64,000 bases of DNA from NCBI GenBank assembly GCA_965116495.1, contig OZ220696.1, positions 3,872,001-3,936,000 of the forward strand, read 5' to 3'. The stretch comes from Gammaproteobacteria bacterium. GTDB lineage: Bacteria; Pseudomonadota; Gammaproteobacteria; Eutrophobiales; Eutrophobiaceae. The notes beneath the pieces are model-generated. The model worked only from the letters and a program-made list of their open reading frames with translations, did no database searches and was not told the DNA's origin. The position numbers and the translations under genes are program-made. This document shows positions 55,684 through 64,000 of the stretch, piece by piece; position 1 is the stretch's first letter, and the number at the start of each line of letters is the position of its first letter.

Positions 55684-56091
55684 TCAAGAATTGACAACCG
55701 CCGTTGCGGTAATCTCGATCAGGAACTCCGGCATGGCCAGGGCCTGTATTCCCAGCAAGGTATTGGCCGGCACGTGCTCCGGGTCGAAATAGCGGCCCAT
55801 GGCCGCACCGATGGGCGGTATTTTGTCCGGGTTGTAGTCCACCACGTAAACATCCAGGCGCACCACGTCTTTCATGGTAGCACCCGCCGCGGCCAGGGTG
55901 GATTTTATGTTTTCCAGGGCCTGGGCCGTCTGCGCTTCCAGGTCGTCCCCGCCTACCAGGTTCATGTCCTTGTCCCAGGCAGTTTGCCCGGCGCAATGGA
56001 TGATCTTTGTCCCCGTGGAGACGACAACCTGGGAAAAACCGTATTGGGCGGAAGGCCAGACGTCGTCGGGTTGAATATGCTGGTTTGCCAT
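55684..56091 (-). CDS. RidA/YjgF/UK114 family protein
   Basis: FSQVV, AGQ, L.AAG....DVV, PA.T..GI..LA....LIEI.ATA. Confidence 0.9.
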   Translation of the reverse strand: MANQHIQPDDVWPSAQYGFSQVVVSTGTKIIHCAGQTAWDKDMNLVGGDDLEAQTAQALENIKSTLAAAGATMKDVVRLDVYVVDYNPDKIPPIGAAMGRYFDPEHVPANTLLGIQALAMPEFLIEITATAVVNS

Positions 56092-56263
56092 GTTTCACCT
56101 GTATAGTTGTGCAATTACAACGCTGTTGTAGAAAATGTTGCCATCAGATAATTATCATAGTATATTCGCATCGTTTACACGTAAGCTTTTTTATTGTATA
56201 AATTACAATAGTCAATGCAATTTCAATATAACTTCAAATTTTAACGGATAGGTGGGGAAAATC

Positions 56264-58753
56264 ATGCTTCGTATTACTGTTATCGGCTCAGCCAGGGTGT
56301 TGAAACTCTCTTTAATCGCATTCCTGCTCAGCCCCGTCACGCTGGTATGGGCTCAGGGCAGCGCCCTTGAGGAAGTGATCGTTACCGCGCAGAAACGTGA
56401 GGAATCCATCCAGGACGTCGGCATCGCCATCACCGCGTTTTCCGGCGAGCAACTGGATGCCCTGGGTATCACTGACAGCACCGCTATCGCCGAGTTTACC
56501 CCGGGCGTGCACATTTCCGGCAACAACGCCGGCTATACGCAGCAGTTCACTATCCGCGGCGCCACCCAGAACGACTTCAACGACTTGGCCGAAGCACCGA
56601 ACGCGGTCTATATCGACGAAGCCTACCAGGCGGCCGGCCAGGCCCAGTTGTTCTCCCAGTTCGACATGGAGCGGGTGGAACTCCTGAAGGGCCCGCAGGG
56701 CACCCTGTTCGGCCGTAACGCAACCGGCGGACTGGTGCACTACCTCACCAGGAAACCGACGGACGAGTTTGAAGGCTATGGCGATATCCAGTACGGCCGT
56801 TTTGACACCATACGTTTCGAGGGGGCGGTCAGCGGTCCCCTGACCGAGGGTATCAAGGCCCGGGTCTCCGGCTTTTACCGTAGCAATGACCCGATGTTGA
56901 AGAATGTGTTCCAGCCCCAGGATGTCGCCCAGGGCGGCTACGGTCCATGGATAGGCAATACCGGCGGCCTGAATGGTTCAACGGACGGCCAGGCCGATAT
57001 GTGGGCGGAAGATTCCCATGCGATACGCGGCCAGTTATTGCTGGAGCCCAGCGATACGGTTGAGATACAGATGAAAGGCCAGTACGCCAAGCGCGTCACT
57101 ACATCCGGTCCCTACCAGAACGTCGCTACCATCAGTGAGGTCGATGCAAAGGGGCGGGTGGTAAATACCCTGTACTCCAACGCGACAACCAACCCCAACT
57201 CCTGCGAACAGTTGATTGTGGGCACCACCGACTGCATTCCCGGAGGGTCGCCGTTTGATCTGGATTTTAACGACACCAGACCGGCGCCGCATACGGACTT
57301 TTTCGGCTATCACGACCCGGACGGCTTGGAAGGGCTGACCATTTCCACGGACCATGCCCTTGATGACTATGATACGTACGAAATCTGGAGTGTGACCGGG
57401 AAAGTAACTATTGACTTTGATTTCGCTACCCTGGTGGCGGTGCTTAACTATTCCGACCAGGATAAAGATACCTCCCTGGATGTGGATTCCGGGCCCGGAC
57501 CGCAATTTATCGTGACCGGGGATTCGATCCTGGACTGGTATACCCAGGAGATACGGTTGGAAGGTGATACAGACAATTATCGTTGGATTTTCGGCACCTA
57601 TTACATGACCATCGACGGTGAGTTCTCCCAGAACCTGTCCGACACCATCGGCGGAATAAATACATTTGCTGCTCTTTTCGGCGGCCCACCGAAGTGGGGC
57701 GAGTTCTGGGATCTTTCATTTGATGCGTTCCTCAAGACCAAGTCCTTCTCCCTGTTCGGCCAGGTGGATTATGACCTGACCGACAAGTTGATGTTCTCCC
57801 TGGGCGGACGCGGCATCTGGGAGAAAAAGGATTACGAATTCAACAGCAACTTCTTCATCAATACCCGGGATGCGACAGTGGAAGGGCTGCGGAGCGGAGA
57901 CATACCGCTAGGTCCATCACCGTACCCCTACCACGAAGAAGAGACTGACGATTTTCTCTGGTCCGGCAGGGTCGGACTGCAGTATGCCCATAACGATGAC
58001 CTGATGCTCTATGCCAACTTCAACCGCGGCGTGAAAGCCGGGAGTTGCAACTCACCCTTGCTGACGTCCCTGGTACCGGATGAGTACTGTTACGATGAGG
58101 AGGTTTTGCTGGCCTACGAGGTGGGCTTCAAATCTACCGTGATGGACGGCAAGGCGAGGATTAATGGTTCCTTCTACTACTACGACTACTCCGATTACCA
58201 GGTGTTCCAGTTCATCGGCACCTCCGGCGCCGTGTTTAACGCCGATGCGAAGTACTACGGCGGCGAGGTGGAAATCTTTGCCAACCCTATCGATAACCTG
58301 GACGTGATACTGGGAATTGCCTATATAGACCCGACGGTGAAAGACGTAAGTGTCGCCAATTCGGGCGAACTCGATGGGAGCGGTAGGGTATTTCGCGACG
58401 TGGAACCGTCATTTACCCCGGAGGTACAGTTCAACGCTCTGGGCCGCTATACCTGGCCGTTGGCGGTGGGTGGCAGTGTGGTGGCGCAGGTGGATGGCAA
58501 CTATGCCTCGTCCGCATTCCACAATATCAACAATTTCGATACCCACTACATGCCCAGCTACTGGCGCGGCAACGCCAGCCTGTCCTGGTACAGTGCCGAC
58601 GAGCGCTGGGAAGTAACCGGGTTCATCGACAACTTCTCCGACACCCGCAACGTCAATATCGGCTTTGAACTGGCCGCAGTCTGTGGTTGCGACGAGCAGT
58701 CAGTCGGCTGGCCGCGTACTTACGGTGTCAAGCTGAGGTATAATTATTTCTAG
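56264..58753 (+). CDS. TonB-dependent receptor
   Basis: EEVIVTAQKRE, ERVELLKGPQGTLFGRN, C-terminal PRTYG.KL.YNYF. Confidence 0.93.
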   Translation: MLRITVIGSARVLKLSLIAFLLSPVTLVWAQGSALEEVIVTAQKREESIQDVGIAITAFSGEQLDALGITDSTAIAEFTPGVHISGNNAGYTQQFTIRGATQNDFNDLAEAPNAVYIDEAYQAAGQAQLFSQFDMERVELLKGPQGTLFGRNATGGLVHYLTRKPTDEFEGYGDIQYGRFDTIRFEGAVSGPLTEGIKARVSGFYRSNDPMLKNVFQPQDVAQGGYGPWIGNTGGLNGSTDGQADMWAEDSHAIRGQLLLEPSDTVEIQMKGQYAKRVTTSGPYQNVATISEVDAKGRVVNTLYSNATTNPNSCEQLIVGTTDCIPGGSPFDLDFNDTRPAPHTDFFGYHDPDGLEGLTISTDHALDDYDTYEIWSVTGKVTIDFDFATLVAVLNYSDQDKDTSLDVDSGPGPQFIVTGDSILDWYTQEIRLEGDTDNYRWIFGTYYMTIDGEFSQNLSDTIGGINTFAALFGGPPKWGEFWDLSFDAFLKTKSFSLFGQVDYDLTDKLMFSLGGRGIWEKKDYEFNSNFFINTRDATVEGLRSGDIPLGPSPYPYHEEETDDFLWSGRVGLQYAHNDDLMLYANFNRGVKAGSCNSPLLTSLVPDEYCYDEEVLLAYEVGFKSTVMDGKARINGSFYYYDYSDYQVFQFIGTSGAVFNADAKYYGGEVEIFANPIDNLDVILGIAYIDPTVKDVSVANSGELDGSGRVFRDVEPSFTPEVQFNALGRYTWPLAVGGSVVAQVDGNYASSAFHNINNFDTHYMPSYWRGNASLSWYSADERWEVTGFIDNFSDTRNVNIGFELAAVCGCDEQSVGWPRTYGVKLRYNYF

Positions 58754-58761
58754 CAGGAACA

Positions 58762-58812
58762 GGGGACAGACCCCTGCTTACAACATGCAGGGGCATATTT
58801 AAATCTGTCCCC
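58762..58812. repeat. GGGGACAGA REP-like palindrome with internal hairpin
   Basis: GGGGACAGA...TCTGTCCCC enclosing CCCCTGC-N9-GCAGGGG. Confidence 0.7.
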
Positions 58813-58837
58813 CGGCCATTATAGAAAAAAACCGGGG

Positions 58838-59248
58838 TCATCCCCGGTTTTCGAATGGGTCCAATACGTCCACACCGAGTTGGGTGAAATCGTTGACGTT
58901 GCGGGTCACGACCGTCAGCCTGTGAATCACGGCTACCGCCGCGATCATGGCGTCTTCCATCAATGTATCTGTCCCCCGGTGTTTGAGCCGTGCCCATATT
59001 CGAAAGGCAGCCGCATCCATGGGCAATATGTTATAGGAAGTGAGCACCCTGCCAAGCCAGTCTTCCAGTTCTGCCGCCTTTGCGGAATCCTGTTCACGCG
59101 TCAGCTCGATACCTGCCTGGATCTCTCCAACAGTTACCGCGCAGAGGTAAAGCTGTTCGGGGGCTGCATCGGCGGTCCAGTTCAGGACTCCCTTATGTGG
59201 TCTGGGACGACGCAGTTCCGAAACGACGTTGGTGTCGAGAAGATACAC
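58838..59248 (-). CDS. vapC: PIN-domain toxin VapC
   Basis: YLLDTNVVSE, T.GEI..G, D.MIAA.A, VVTRN..DF...G....PF. Confidence 0.92.
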   Translation of the reverse strand: MYLLDTNVVSELRRPRPHKGVLNWTADAAPEQLYLCAVTVGEIQAGIELTREQDSAKAAELEDWLGRVLTSYNILPMDAAAFRIWARLKHRGTDTLMEDAMIAAVAVIHRLTVVTRNVNDFTQLGVDVLDPFENRG

Positions 59249-59252
59249 CCGT

Positions 59253-59513
59253 TTACTCGAAGCTCGGCGATGTGCGGTGTCGGCGTTTCTCACGCGGCGG
59301 CGTCAAGGCGTCGGTCCTGGCTTCGGGTGCGAGCAGCAGTTCCTTGAGATCCGGTCTGGTCAATTGCTCCAATCGGCGCCACTGCTCGATCGGGACCAGC
59401 ACCGCCGCCTCCACGCCGCGTTTGGTTACGATTTGCGGCCCTTCGGCCAGGCTCGTCTCGAGGAGCTCGCTGAAGCGCGCCTTGGCGTCTTGTACTTGCC
59501 ATGTATTGTTCAT
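59253..59513 (-). CDS. Phd/YefM antitoxin
   Basis: WQ.QDAKARFSEL, GPQ.VT.RG..AAV; directly upstream of vapC. Confidence 0.92.
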   Translation of the reverse strand: MNNTWQVQDAKARFSELLETSLAEGPQIVTKRGVEAAVLVPIEQWRRLEQLTRPDLKELLLAPEARTDALTPPREKRRHRTSPSFE

Positions 59514-59542
59514 ATTTCCTCTAACATGTTTTAGTTTAATCT

Positions 59543-59562
59543 GACTAGACAGATAACTAGTC
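59543..59562. promoter_or_regulatory. Putative TA autoregulatory operator
   Basis: GACTAG-N8-CTAGTC palindrome 30 bp upstream of the antitoxin start; TTGACT on the minus strand at 59573-59578. Confidence 0.5.
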
Positions 59563-59610
59563 CATATCAAAAAGTCAAGTTATATCAAAACGGGTCAACA
59601 GAAATCACCG

Positions 59611-59672
59611 TCAAATCAAAGGGGTAAATCGACGGGGTCAGACTCGATTGATCTTGTCAGAGGGGTCGGACC
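59611..59672. repeat. Degenerate GGGGTCAGA REP relics
   Basis: AAATCAAAGGGGT, GGGGTCAGACTCGATTGAT and GGGGTCGGACC clustered together. Confidence 0.45.
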
Positions 59673-59965
59673 AACGTAACTCTCTGATTTTGCCATATAA
59701 AAGCCTGTTTATACCTCCGATTCAGGGCTTAGAATGCACTTTTGACGGTCAAAACAGTATGTTAAGACAGAGCGCGAGTAATTCAGGACATCCATAAATT
59801 TCCGGTCAACCTGCTTCCCAAAGGAAACTCTTCCTTAATTCTTAGACTGAATGTTCTCCCACCAGGAAATGTATCATGCCCCGGGAGCATGGAATTGAAT
59901 TTGATTTATCCAAACGCGTCTGTTAACTTCAGACGACATCAAACACGTAAAAGGAGACCGCCCTC

Positions 59966-60520
59966 ATGGACAATCAACTGCCTCAAGAACCCGCCACCCC
60001 CGAAGAGATCTGGGCCATTCTGCGAGAGGTATCCAAGACCCAAAAAGAAACCGCTCTGCAGATGAAGGAAACCGACCGCCGGTTGAAGAAGACGGAGGCG
60101 CTGTTTAACAGTCAATGGGGCAGGCTGGTAGAGAGTCTGGTGGAAGGCGACCTGGTTGCCTTGTTGCAGGGATACGGGATTGACGTGGAGTCGACGTCCC
60201 CCCGAGTCAAGGGACGCCGTAATGGTGAGCATTATGAATATGACATTCTGGCCGTTAACGGTGAGGAAGTGGTCGTGGTGGAAGTGAAGACCACCTTGCG
60301 GTCTGAGGATGTGACACATTTTCTGGGCAAGTTAGCCAAATTCACGGTACATCAACCGGTGTATAAGGGAAAGAAGATTTTCGGCGCCGTGGCATACCTG
60401 ACGGTGGATCATGATGTGGAGTTGTATGCGGAACGGCAGGGTTTGTTTGTCATCCGGGCCACCGGGAGCAGCGCCGGTATCATCAACCAGGCAGATTTCC
60501 AGCCTAGGGTATTCCACTGA
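59966..60520 (+). CDS. Coiled-coil + PD-(D/E)XK-fold protein (DUF3782-like)
   Basis: KETD coiled coil, WG.LVE, EYDI.A.N......EVK, GL.VI; AGGAG RBS. Confidence 0.75.
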   Translation: MDNQLPQEPATPEEIWAILREVSKTQKETALQMKETDRRLKKTEALFNSQWGRLVESLVEGDLVALLQGYGIDVESTSPRVKGRRNGEHYEYDILAVNGEEVVVVEVKTTLRSEDVTHFLGKLAKFTVHQPVYKGKKIFGAVAYLTVDHDVELYAERQGLFVIRATGSSAGIINQADFQPRVFH

Positions 60521-60546
60521 TTGACCAGTTTTCAGGTTATCCTGTT

Positions 60547-61743
60547 TTATGACAATGCCTTGAGCAATGCGCCATGCAGGTCCTCCCTGAGGTCTGCCAC
60601 GTCCTCGTGGCCGATGGACAGGCGGAGCAGGCCGGGTTCGATGCCGCTCCGGGCTTTCTCCTCATCCGTCAGCCGGTTGTGGGTGGTGGTGGCGGGGTGG
60701 GTAATGGTGCTCTTGCTGTCGCCGAGATTCGCGGTGATGGAGAACAGTTCGGTGTTGTCGATAAGCCGCCATGCCGTTTCTTTCCCGCCGTTGACGACGA
60801 AGCTGACGATGCCGCCGAAGTCCTTCTGCTGGCGCTGTGCCAGTTCGTGTTGCGGATGATCGGCAAGCCCCGGATAGTAAACCTTTTCTATTCCAGGCAG
60901 GCCTCGTAACCACTCGGCGATCTGCACAGCGTGGCGGCTGTGGGCCTGCATCCTCAGGCTCAGGGTTTCGAGCCCTTTCAGGAACACCCAGGCGTTGAAC
61001 GGGCTCATGGAGGGGCCGCCGTACTTGAGGACAGGGTATACGTTCTCTCCCAGTAGTTCATTACTGCCCAGCACACCGCCGCCGACGCAACGTCCCTGGC
61101 CGTCCAGGTATTTTGTCGCGGAATGGATAACGATGTCGGCCCCGTGCCGAAAAGGTTGCTGCAGGACGGGCGTACAGAAACAGTTGTCCACCACCAGCAA
61201 ACAGCCGTGGCGCCGGGCCATGTCGGCCAGACGCTGAATATCGGCAATTTCCGTCAAGGGATTGGAGGGGGTTTCGAGGTATAACAGCCGCGTTTTTGCG
61301 GTAATTGCGGCCTCCCAGGCGCCGTAGTCACTGAGCCCGACATAACTGGTCGCGATATCGAATTTACTGAGGATTTTATTGAACAGGTTCACTGTCGTAC
61401 CGAACACACTGTGGGAAGAGACGATATGATCGCCTGCTTGCAACAGGCCCAGGCACGTGCTCAGTATGGCGCCCATTCCGGAAGAAGTTGCAATACACCG
61501 CTCAGCGCCTTCCATCGCAGCCAGCCGCTCCTCGAAGATGCGCACCGTGGAATTGGTGAACCTGGAATAGATATTGCCCGGTTCTTCCTCGGCAAACCTG
61601 GCCGCGGCCTGGGCCGCGTCCCTGAATACGTAACTGGACGTCAGGAACAGCGGTTCACTGTGTTCGCCTTCCCCGGTAGGTTGCCGGCCGGCGCGCACTG
61701 CCAGGGTGTTCACCCCGTACCGATCAGGATCGATTTTAGCCAT
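60547..61743 (-). CDS. metZ: O-succinylhomoserine sulfhydrylase
   Basis: TLAVRAG, EHSE..FLTSS.VF, YSRFTN, SGM.AI, HSATKY.DGQGR (PLP Lys), NLGD.K.TI.HPATTTH. Confidence 0.93.
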   Translation of the reverse strand: MAKIDPDRYGVNTLAVRAGRQPTGEGEHSEPLFLTSSYVFRDAAQAAARFAEEEPGNIYSRFTNSTVRIFEERLAAMEGAERCIATSSGMGAILSTCLGLLQAGDHIVSSHSVFGTTVNLFNKILSKFDIATSYVGLSDYGAWEAAITAKTRLLYLETPSNPLTEIADIQRLADMARRHGCLLVVDNCFCTPVLQQPFRHGADIVIHSATKYLDGQGRCVGGGVLGSNELLGENVYPVLKYGGPSMSPFNAWVFLKGLETLSLRMQAHSRHAVQIAEWLRGLPGIEKVYYPGLADHPQHELAQRQQKDFGGIVSFVVNGGKETAWRLIDNTELFSITANLGDSKSTITHPATTTHNRLTDEEKARSGIEPGLLRLSIGHEDVADLREDLHGALLKALS

Positions 61744-61869
61744 GTTACCTCCTCGACCCGTCTGTTTCCGGCAGTTCCACCGGAGAAAAACAGGTCTGAC
61801 AGTTGAAACAGCAAGAGACCACCTGTCGAAAGTACATGGCTGAGTGCGAGTTTTACTGGCGGAAGGCGC

Positions 61870-61907
61870 AAAAAAACCCGCATTCAGCTTGGACGCTAAA
61901 GCAGGTT
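61870..61907 (-). terminator. Riboswitch-controlled intrinsic terminator in the metZ leader
   Basis: Minus strand AACCTGC-TTTAGC-GTCCAA-GCTGAA-T-GCGGGTT followed by a T run. Confidence 0.75.
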
Positions 61908-61911
61908 GGTT

Positions 61912-61964
61912 CTCTTTAGCCGTATTTATAATGCGCCCGCAAGCTGAATATCAAATCGGCGCAC
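61912..61964 (-). promoter_or_regulatory. SAM-II riboswitch aptamer
   Basis: Minus strand GTGCGCCGATTTGATATTCAGCTTGCGGGCGCATTATAAATACGGCTAAAGAG fits the SAM-II pseudoknot pattern (GCGC.GATTT...TTGC..GCGC...TAAAT..GCTAAA); upstream of metZ. Confidence 0.85.
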
Positions 61965-62000
61965 AACTAAGAGCAACGGTATTACAATTACTGGTCCGTG

Positions 62001-63644
62001 TCAAACATTTTGGGCATTTTGGGCGAGGAGATAATCTCCGTATTGTTCCCGCAGAGTCAGTTTACTGACTTTTCCCGTGGCCGTGTGAGGTAATTCCTCA
62101 ACGAATATCACTGCATCGGGTTTCCACCAGCGCGCAACTTTATCGTCAAACCAGGCCAGCAGGTCTTCTCTGGACACGGTTTGATCGAGCTTTTTAACGG
62201 CTATCAGCAAGGGCCGCTCGGTCCACTTCTCATGTGCGGCGCTGATCACGGCGGCTTCGGCAATGGCGGGATGGGTCATGGCGCAGTTCTCAAGCTCTAT
62301 GGAACTGATCCACTCCCCGCCGGACTTGATCAGGTCCTTGGACCTGTCGGTGACCTGGATGGTACCGTCAGGGTCTATGGTTGCAACGTCCCCGGTCGTG
62401 AACCAGCCGTTTGCGTCAACACCGGATTCCGCTTCCGTTGCCCCGAAATAACTCTCGCATACAGTCAGGCCTTTCACCTTCAGGTGTCCGGCCGCGACGC
62501 CGTCCCAGGGCAGGGCGTTATCCCTATCATCGGTGATCTTTACCTCCAGGCCGAAGATGGGCTTGCCCTGTTTCAGCGGGTACTGCCTGCGTTGTTCCTC
62601 ATCAAGTAATTCAAAGTCCGGACCGGGCACATTCAATGTGCCGGCTGAGCAGAGTTCGGTCATCCCCCAGCCCTGGGCGAGTTCCACTCCATAATCGTCC
62701 CTGAAACGTTCGAACAAGGACAGCGGGGTGGCCGCGCCACCGACAACTGCCTTGCGCAAGGTATCCAAGTTGCCACCTGACCGGTCCAGGTGATCCAGCA
62801 GCATCTGCCAGATTGTCGGCACACTGACGCCGTAAGTGACTTTTTCCTGCGTGATAAGCCGGCCTACCACCTGCGGATTGCCCATGTAGCGGCCCGGGAA
62901 CACGATGCCGGCGCCGACCAGCGGCGCACGGAAAGGCAGGCCCCAGGCGTTGACATGAAACATCGGCACGAGCGGCATAATGACGTCGTTCGCGCCGGGG
63001 CCGCCGGCATCGAGTACCGCGGTGGACAGGGTGTGAAGCAGCAGCGACCTGTGGGAATACAGCACTCCTTTGGGGTTGCCGGTGGTGCCGGAGGTATAGC
63101 ACATGGCGCAGGCCGAGTTTTCACCCGGTTCCGGCCAGGCGCAGGTGTCATCCTGGCCGGCCAGCAGGTGTTCATAGACATGTACATTCCGGAAAGAGGC
63201 GCCCGCATCATCGTCTGTGTCCAGGACGACTATGCCGTTGACATGTTTGATCTGTGGTTTCAGCCGTTCCAGGGTTGGGATAAACTCCGGCTCGGTAAAT
63301 ATCCATTTGTCCTCCGCGTGGTTGATGATGTAAGCGATCTGGTCGTCGAACAGGCGCGGGTTGATGGTGTGCAGTACGTAACCTCCGCAGATGACCCCGT
63401 AATAGAGTTCAAGATGCTGCTGGTGATTCCATGCGAGTGTCGCAATGCGCTCACCCGGCCGGCAGCCAAGCGCCTGCAAGGCGTTAAACAGCTTGCGGGC
63501 GCGCCGGAATACACCGGAATATGATGTTCTCCGGACATCCTGTTCGGATACTGCGGATACGACTTCACGCTCGCCGTGGTACATTTCCGCATGGCGCATC
63601 ACCGTGGTGATGGTGAGCGGCATGTCCATCATTAATCCTTTCAT
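62001..63644 (-). CDS. Medium/long-chain acyl-CoA ligase (AlkK/DmdB-like)
   Basis: [57 protein letters not shown]. Confidence 0.9.
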   Translation of the reverse strand: MKGLMMDMPLTITTVMRHAEMYHGEREVVSAVSEQDVRRTSYSGVFRRARKLFNALQALGCRPGERIATLAWNHQQHLELYYGVICGGYVLHTINPRLFDDQIAYIINHAEDKWIFTEPEFIPTLERLKPQIKHVNGIVVLDTDDDAGASFRNVHVYEHLLAGQDDTCAWPEPGENSACAMCYTSGTTGNPKGVLYSHRSLLLHTLSTAVLDAGGPGANDVIMPLVPMFHVNAWGLPFRAPLVGAGIVFPGRYMGNPQVVGRLITQEKVTYGVSVPTIWQMLLDHLDRSGGNLDTLRKAVVGGAATPLSLFERFRDDYGVELAQGWGMTELCSAGTLNVPGPDFELLDEEQRRQYPLKQGKPIFGLEVKITDDRDNALPWDGVAAGHLKVKGLTVCESYFGATEAESGVDANGWFTTGDVATIDPDGTIQVTDRSKDLIKSGGEWISSIELENCAMTHPAIAEAAVISAAHEKWTERPLLIAVKKLDQTVSREDLLAWFDDKVARWWKPDAVIFVEELPHTATGKVSKLTLREQYGDYLLAQNAQNV

Positions 63645-63698
63645 ATCCGTTGTTCCGGGTGGGTGATTGAACCGTGAAACAGTGCGCGTCCCGGGAAC

Positions 63699-64000
63699 TT
63701 AAAGAGACCCGACAAACTCCAGGTATTGTTGAGCCAGGTCGTTCAAGAGTGTATCCACCTGTTCCGGCGATTTGGCATAATGCAGCAGTACAAGCTCATC
63801 CACCCCGAGTTCATGATACTGCCTGATCATCTCGCGGTCATATTCATGGTCGAAAGGGCAGACATAAACGGAAATCTCTTCCCTGGGGCGTCCTGCCTCT
63901 GCCAGCGCCGCTTCCAGGTTCTCAAGTTGTGGGGCCAGTTGCTCCGGGTCGGCGCCGATGGCAAACCAGCCCTGGCCTTGCTCCGCCACCCGCCTGAAGT
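63699..64000 (-). CDS. LLM-class (luciferase-like) oxidoreductase, C-terminal part (cut by window end)
   Basis: RRVA..G.GWF...L..AGR.......Y..LGVDEL. Confidence 0.7.
   Translation of the reverse strand, partial: FRRVAEQGQGWFAIGADPEQLAPQLENLEAALAEAGRPREEISVYVCPFDHEYDREMIRQYHELGVDELVLLHYAKSPEQVDTLLNDLAQQYLEFVGSL

Overview
64-kb chromosomal window from what looks like a Gammaproteobacterium (xerD-dsbC, hldE-hldD-waaA, double-ATP-cone nrdAB, lpdA, metZ). About 27 kb (8.5-35 kb) is a methylotrophy island. It holds a divergent lanthanide-type XoxF methanol dehydrogenase followed by a blue-copper protein and xoxJ, with no cytochrome XoxG in the window, plus an H4MPT/methanofuran formaldehyde-oxidation cluster (mptG, mch, orf7, fae, orf17, orf9, pabB, orf21). 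The most striking feature is two complete formyl-methanofuran-processing complexes in one co-oriented run. One is the usual bacterial fhcBADC, whose B subunit lacks the Mo/W-site residues. The other is an archaeal-style fwdD-fwdB-fwdA-ftr-fwdC set whose B subunit keeps the [4Fe-4S] and Mo/W catalytic residues, followed by a 7Fe ferredoxin and a ferredoxin-NADP reductase. The right part is an accessory, partly eroded region: gene-fragment mosaics, TA modules, TonB receptors, a padBCD-like molybdoenzyme and acyl-CoA enzymes. It also carries a SAM-II riboswitch with a terminator/antiterminator platform upstream of metZ. Several MITE/REP families occupy intergenic gaps. All calls come from reading motifs by eye; no database searches were run.
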